NCBI GenBank assembly: GCA_051294905.1
Contig: CM119371.1
Location: 32,428,001-32,492,000, forward strand
DNA: 64,000 bases
Origin: Botryllus schlosseri
Lineage: Eukaryota
Direction: 5' to 3'
Part shown: positions 62,269 through 64,000 of the stretch, in pieces
Layout of the letters: each line of letters starts with the position of its first letter
How positions within the stretch are numbered: the stretch's first letter is position 1
Position numbers and translations under genes: made by a program
Notes under the pieces: generated by a model
What the model saw: the letters and a program-made list of their open reading frames with translations, nothing else
Database searches by the model: none
Told to the model about the DNA's origin: nothing

Positions 62269-64000
62269 CTTGTGCCAAATCTAACTGTAGGATAGTAATA
62301 AAAAGCCGCAAAAGACTTATATCATAAATAATATTATACATTATGTAGAAAATGCATCGTTTTTTATTATTTTAAATGGAAATTTGCAGGTGCATTTATT
62401 GAAATAAGTGGTAGTGTCTTGAAAACCCGAGCTTTTGATTTGATATGAACAAGTGCTAAAATCCAATTCCACAATGATAGGTGGTGGCGAATGTAATCAA
62501 TAATCCTTAATGCATCCGTTCACACCAGGCACCTAAATTGGAAAAAAGATTTTCTACTGAACGTCCAGCCTACCGATTTCCATCTAGCAGCTCATCATGA
62601 AGTTATTCTTGAATAGGGGTTATGTATATTGCCAAAGAAAATCGATAACAAATGTCCACTTATAGCGACTACTCACTAATTTGCTGGGACTGACAATTAG
62701 TAAACATTTCGAAGTCACCCTGATTGACCTTAGTGTTCCACCTTTTTATCTTTTCACAAACCCCGACATACCATCTTCAATAGCAATATATGTTAGTATC
62801 ATTAGGCTGCTGTCAATTTATCAATTAAAATGAGTTTGCACAGTAGGATGATTCGTTTTCGACGGCCATTTTTGTAATATTGAGTCTTTAAGTTTTATCA
62901 GTTATGAAGCGAATCTGTCTCGTGATTTACCTAATTGAAAAAATACAAATTAGGCGATAAAACATTTTACAAATTTGGATGTCTCGCGGGCTCCCTGAAA
63001 ATACTTCGTGGACACCGGGTTGAGAGCCACTACTCTCGTGACTCGTGAGTCTAGTCCAGGGATCGGGAACCTTTTTTGACCGGAAAGCCATATTGGCGCA
63101 ATATTTACAATCGCAAATCCGAAAGAGCCATACATATAATTCAACTGTTACGTCACAAATGAAAGTTCGTAACGTATCGGTAGCACTAATGCAGTGGTTC
63201 TCAACATGTGTTCCACGGCACGCTAGCGTGACAATTAGGTCTCGCGATGGTGCCGCGAGAAATCAAAATTGCTGTCATGGCCGCAATCAATAAACTCCGC
63301 GAATTCGCTTTACCCGACATACCGCGCACCTTGAAGGTTGAATTTAGTTGTGCAAAATACGTTGATTCATCGCAAAGAAGAGCTGATATGGCGGAGCCTG
63401 TGTAACTATGCACTTTTACAATCCTCATCGTCTTCCTAAGTAGCAGCGAGACATGAACTTAGTTGGAAGTGAGGTTCACTGGGGGTGTTCAAAAAAAAAC
63501 TTATTTTTTAAACTTTTTTCGGCTTGGTTGTCAAATCGTCAGGTTATTTAAAGAAACGTTGCACACCAAATTTGAATCAATTCCAACCAGCAGTCATTTA
63601 AATTGAAATTTCGGCCCTTTTTGAAATAATAGTATTTACGGTGACCTATTTCGTCACACCGACATGACGAAAAATCGTGTTCATGGTATGCCTGAAGAGA
63701 CGGGTATGTGCTTTCCGCTTGTTTTGATCTTGACAAGGGCCCATGGTGGCGTCTGGACGAAGACATCGCCAGTAAACGAAAAAATGGTATAACATGGATT
63801 ATCTGGAAACTAGTCCACTTCACTACGTCCTTGCATTTTGCTGCCTGTCTGAAATACAGATTGAGTGGTCATTGATTTTGAACCGATAAATGAATATACA
63901 GTTGACTATACACGCAAGAAGGCGCTGTATCGTCCACATATACGAAGAACTGCTAGACTACGTGAGTAATTGCATGGCCTCAGCTTATAGTTACCAGCCA

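Overview
This is AT-rich eukaryotic DNA, most likely from an invertebrate metazoan; it has no operons, rRNA or CRISPR arrays. It is dominated by nested transposons. The host-gene content is two convergent tandem C2H2 zinc-finger arrays (18 fingers on + at ~18-19.5 kb; 24 fingers plus a frameshifted, decaying tail on - at ~39.4-42.1 kb). Mobile elements include: a very young BEL/Pao LTR retrotransposon (24259-29595) with apparently identical 443-bp LTRs and a 5-bp target-site duplication (TSD) but no reverse transcriptase; a deleted Sola-like DNA transposon; a 2.6-kb palindromic element built from two hATm 3' ends; a Chapaev3-like remnant; I-group LINE 3' fragments; a tRNA-derived SINE head; and many hAT/Harbinger MITEs, many with TSDs readable in the sequence. 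The most notable observation is that the BEL element has no tRNA-type primer-binding site. The 11 nt directly after its 5' LTR are instead perfectly complementary to a sequence inside the LTR, suggesting Tf1-like self-priming. All family assignments come from recalled motifs, not database searches, and identities were judged by eye.
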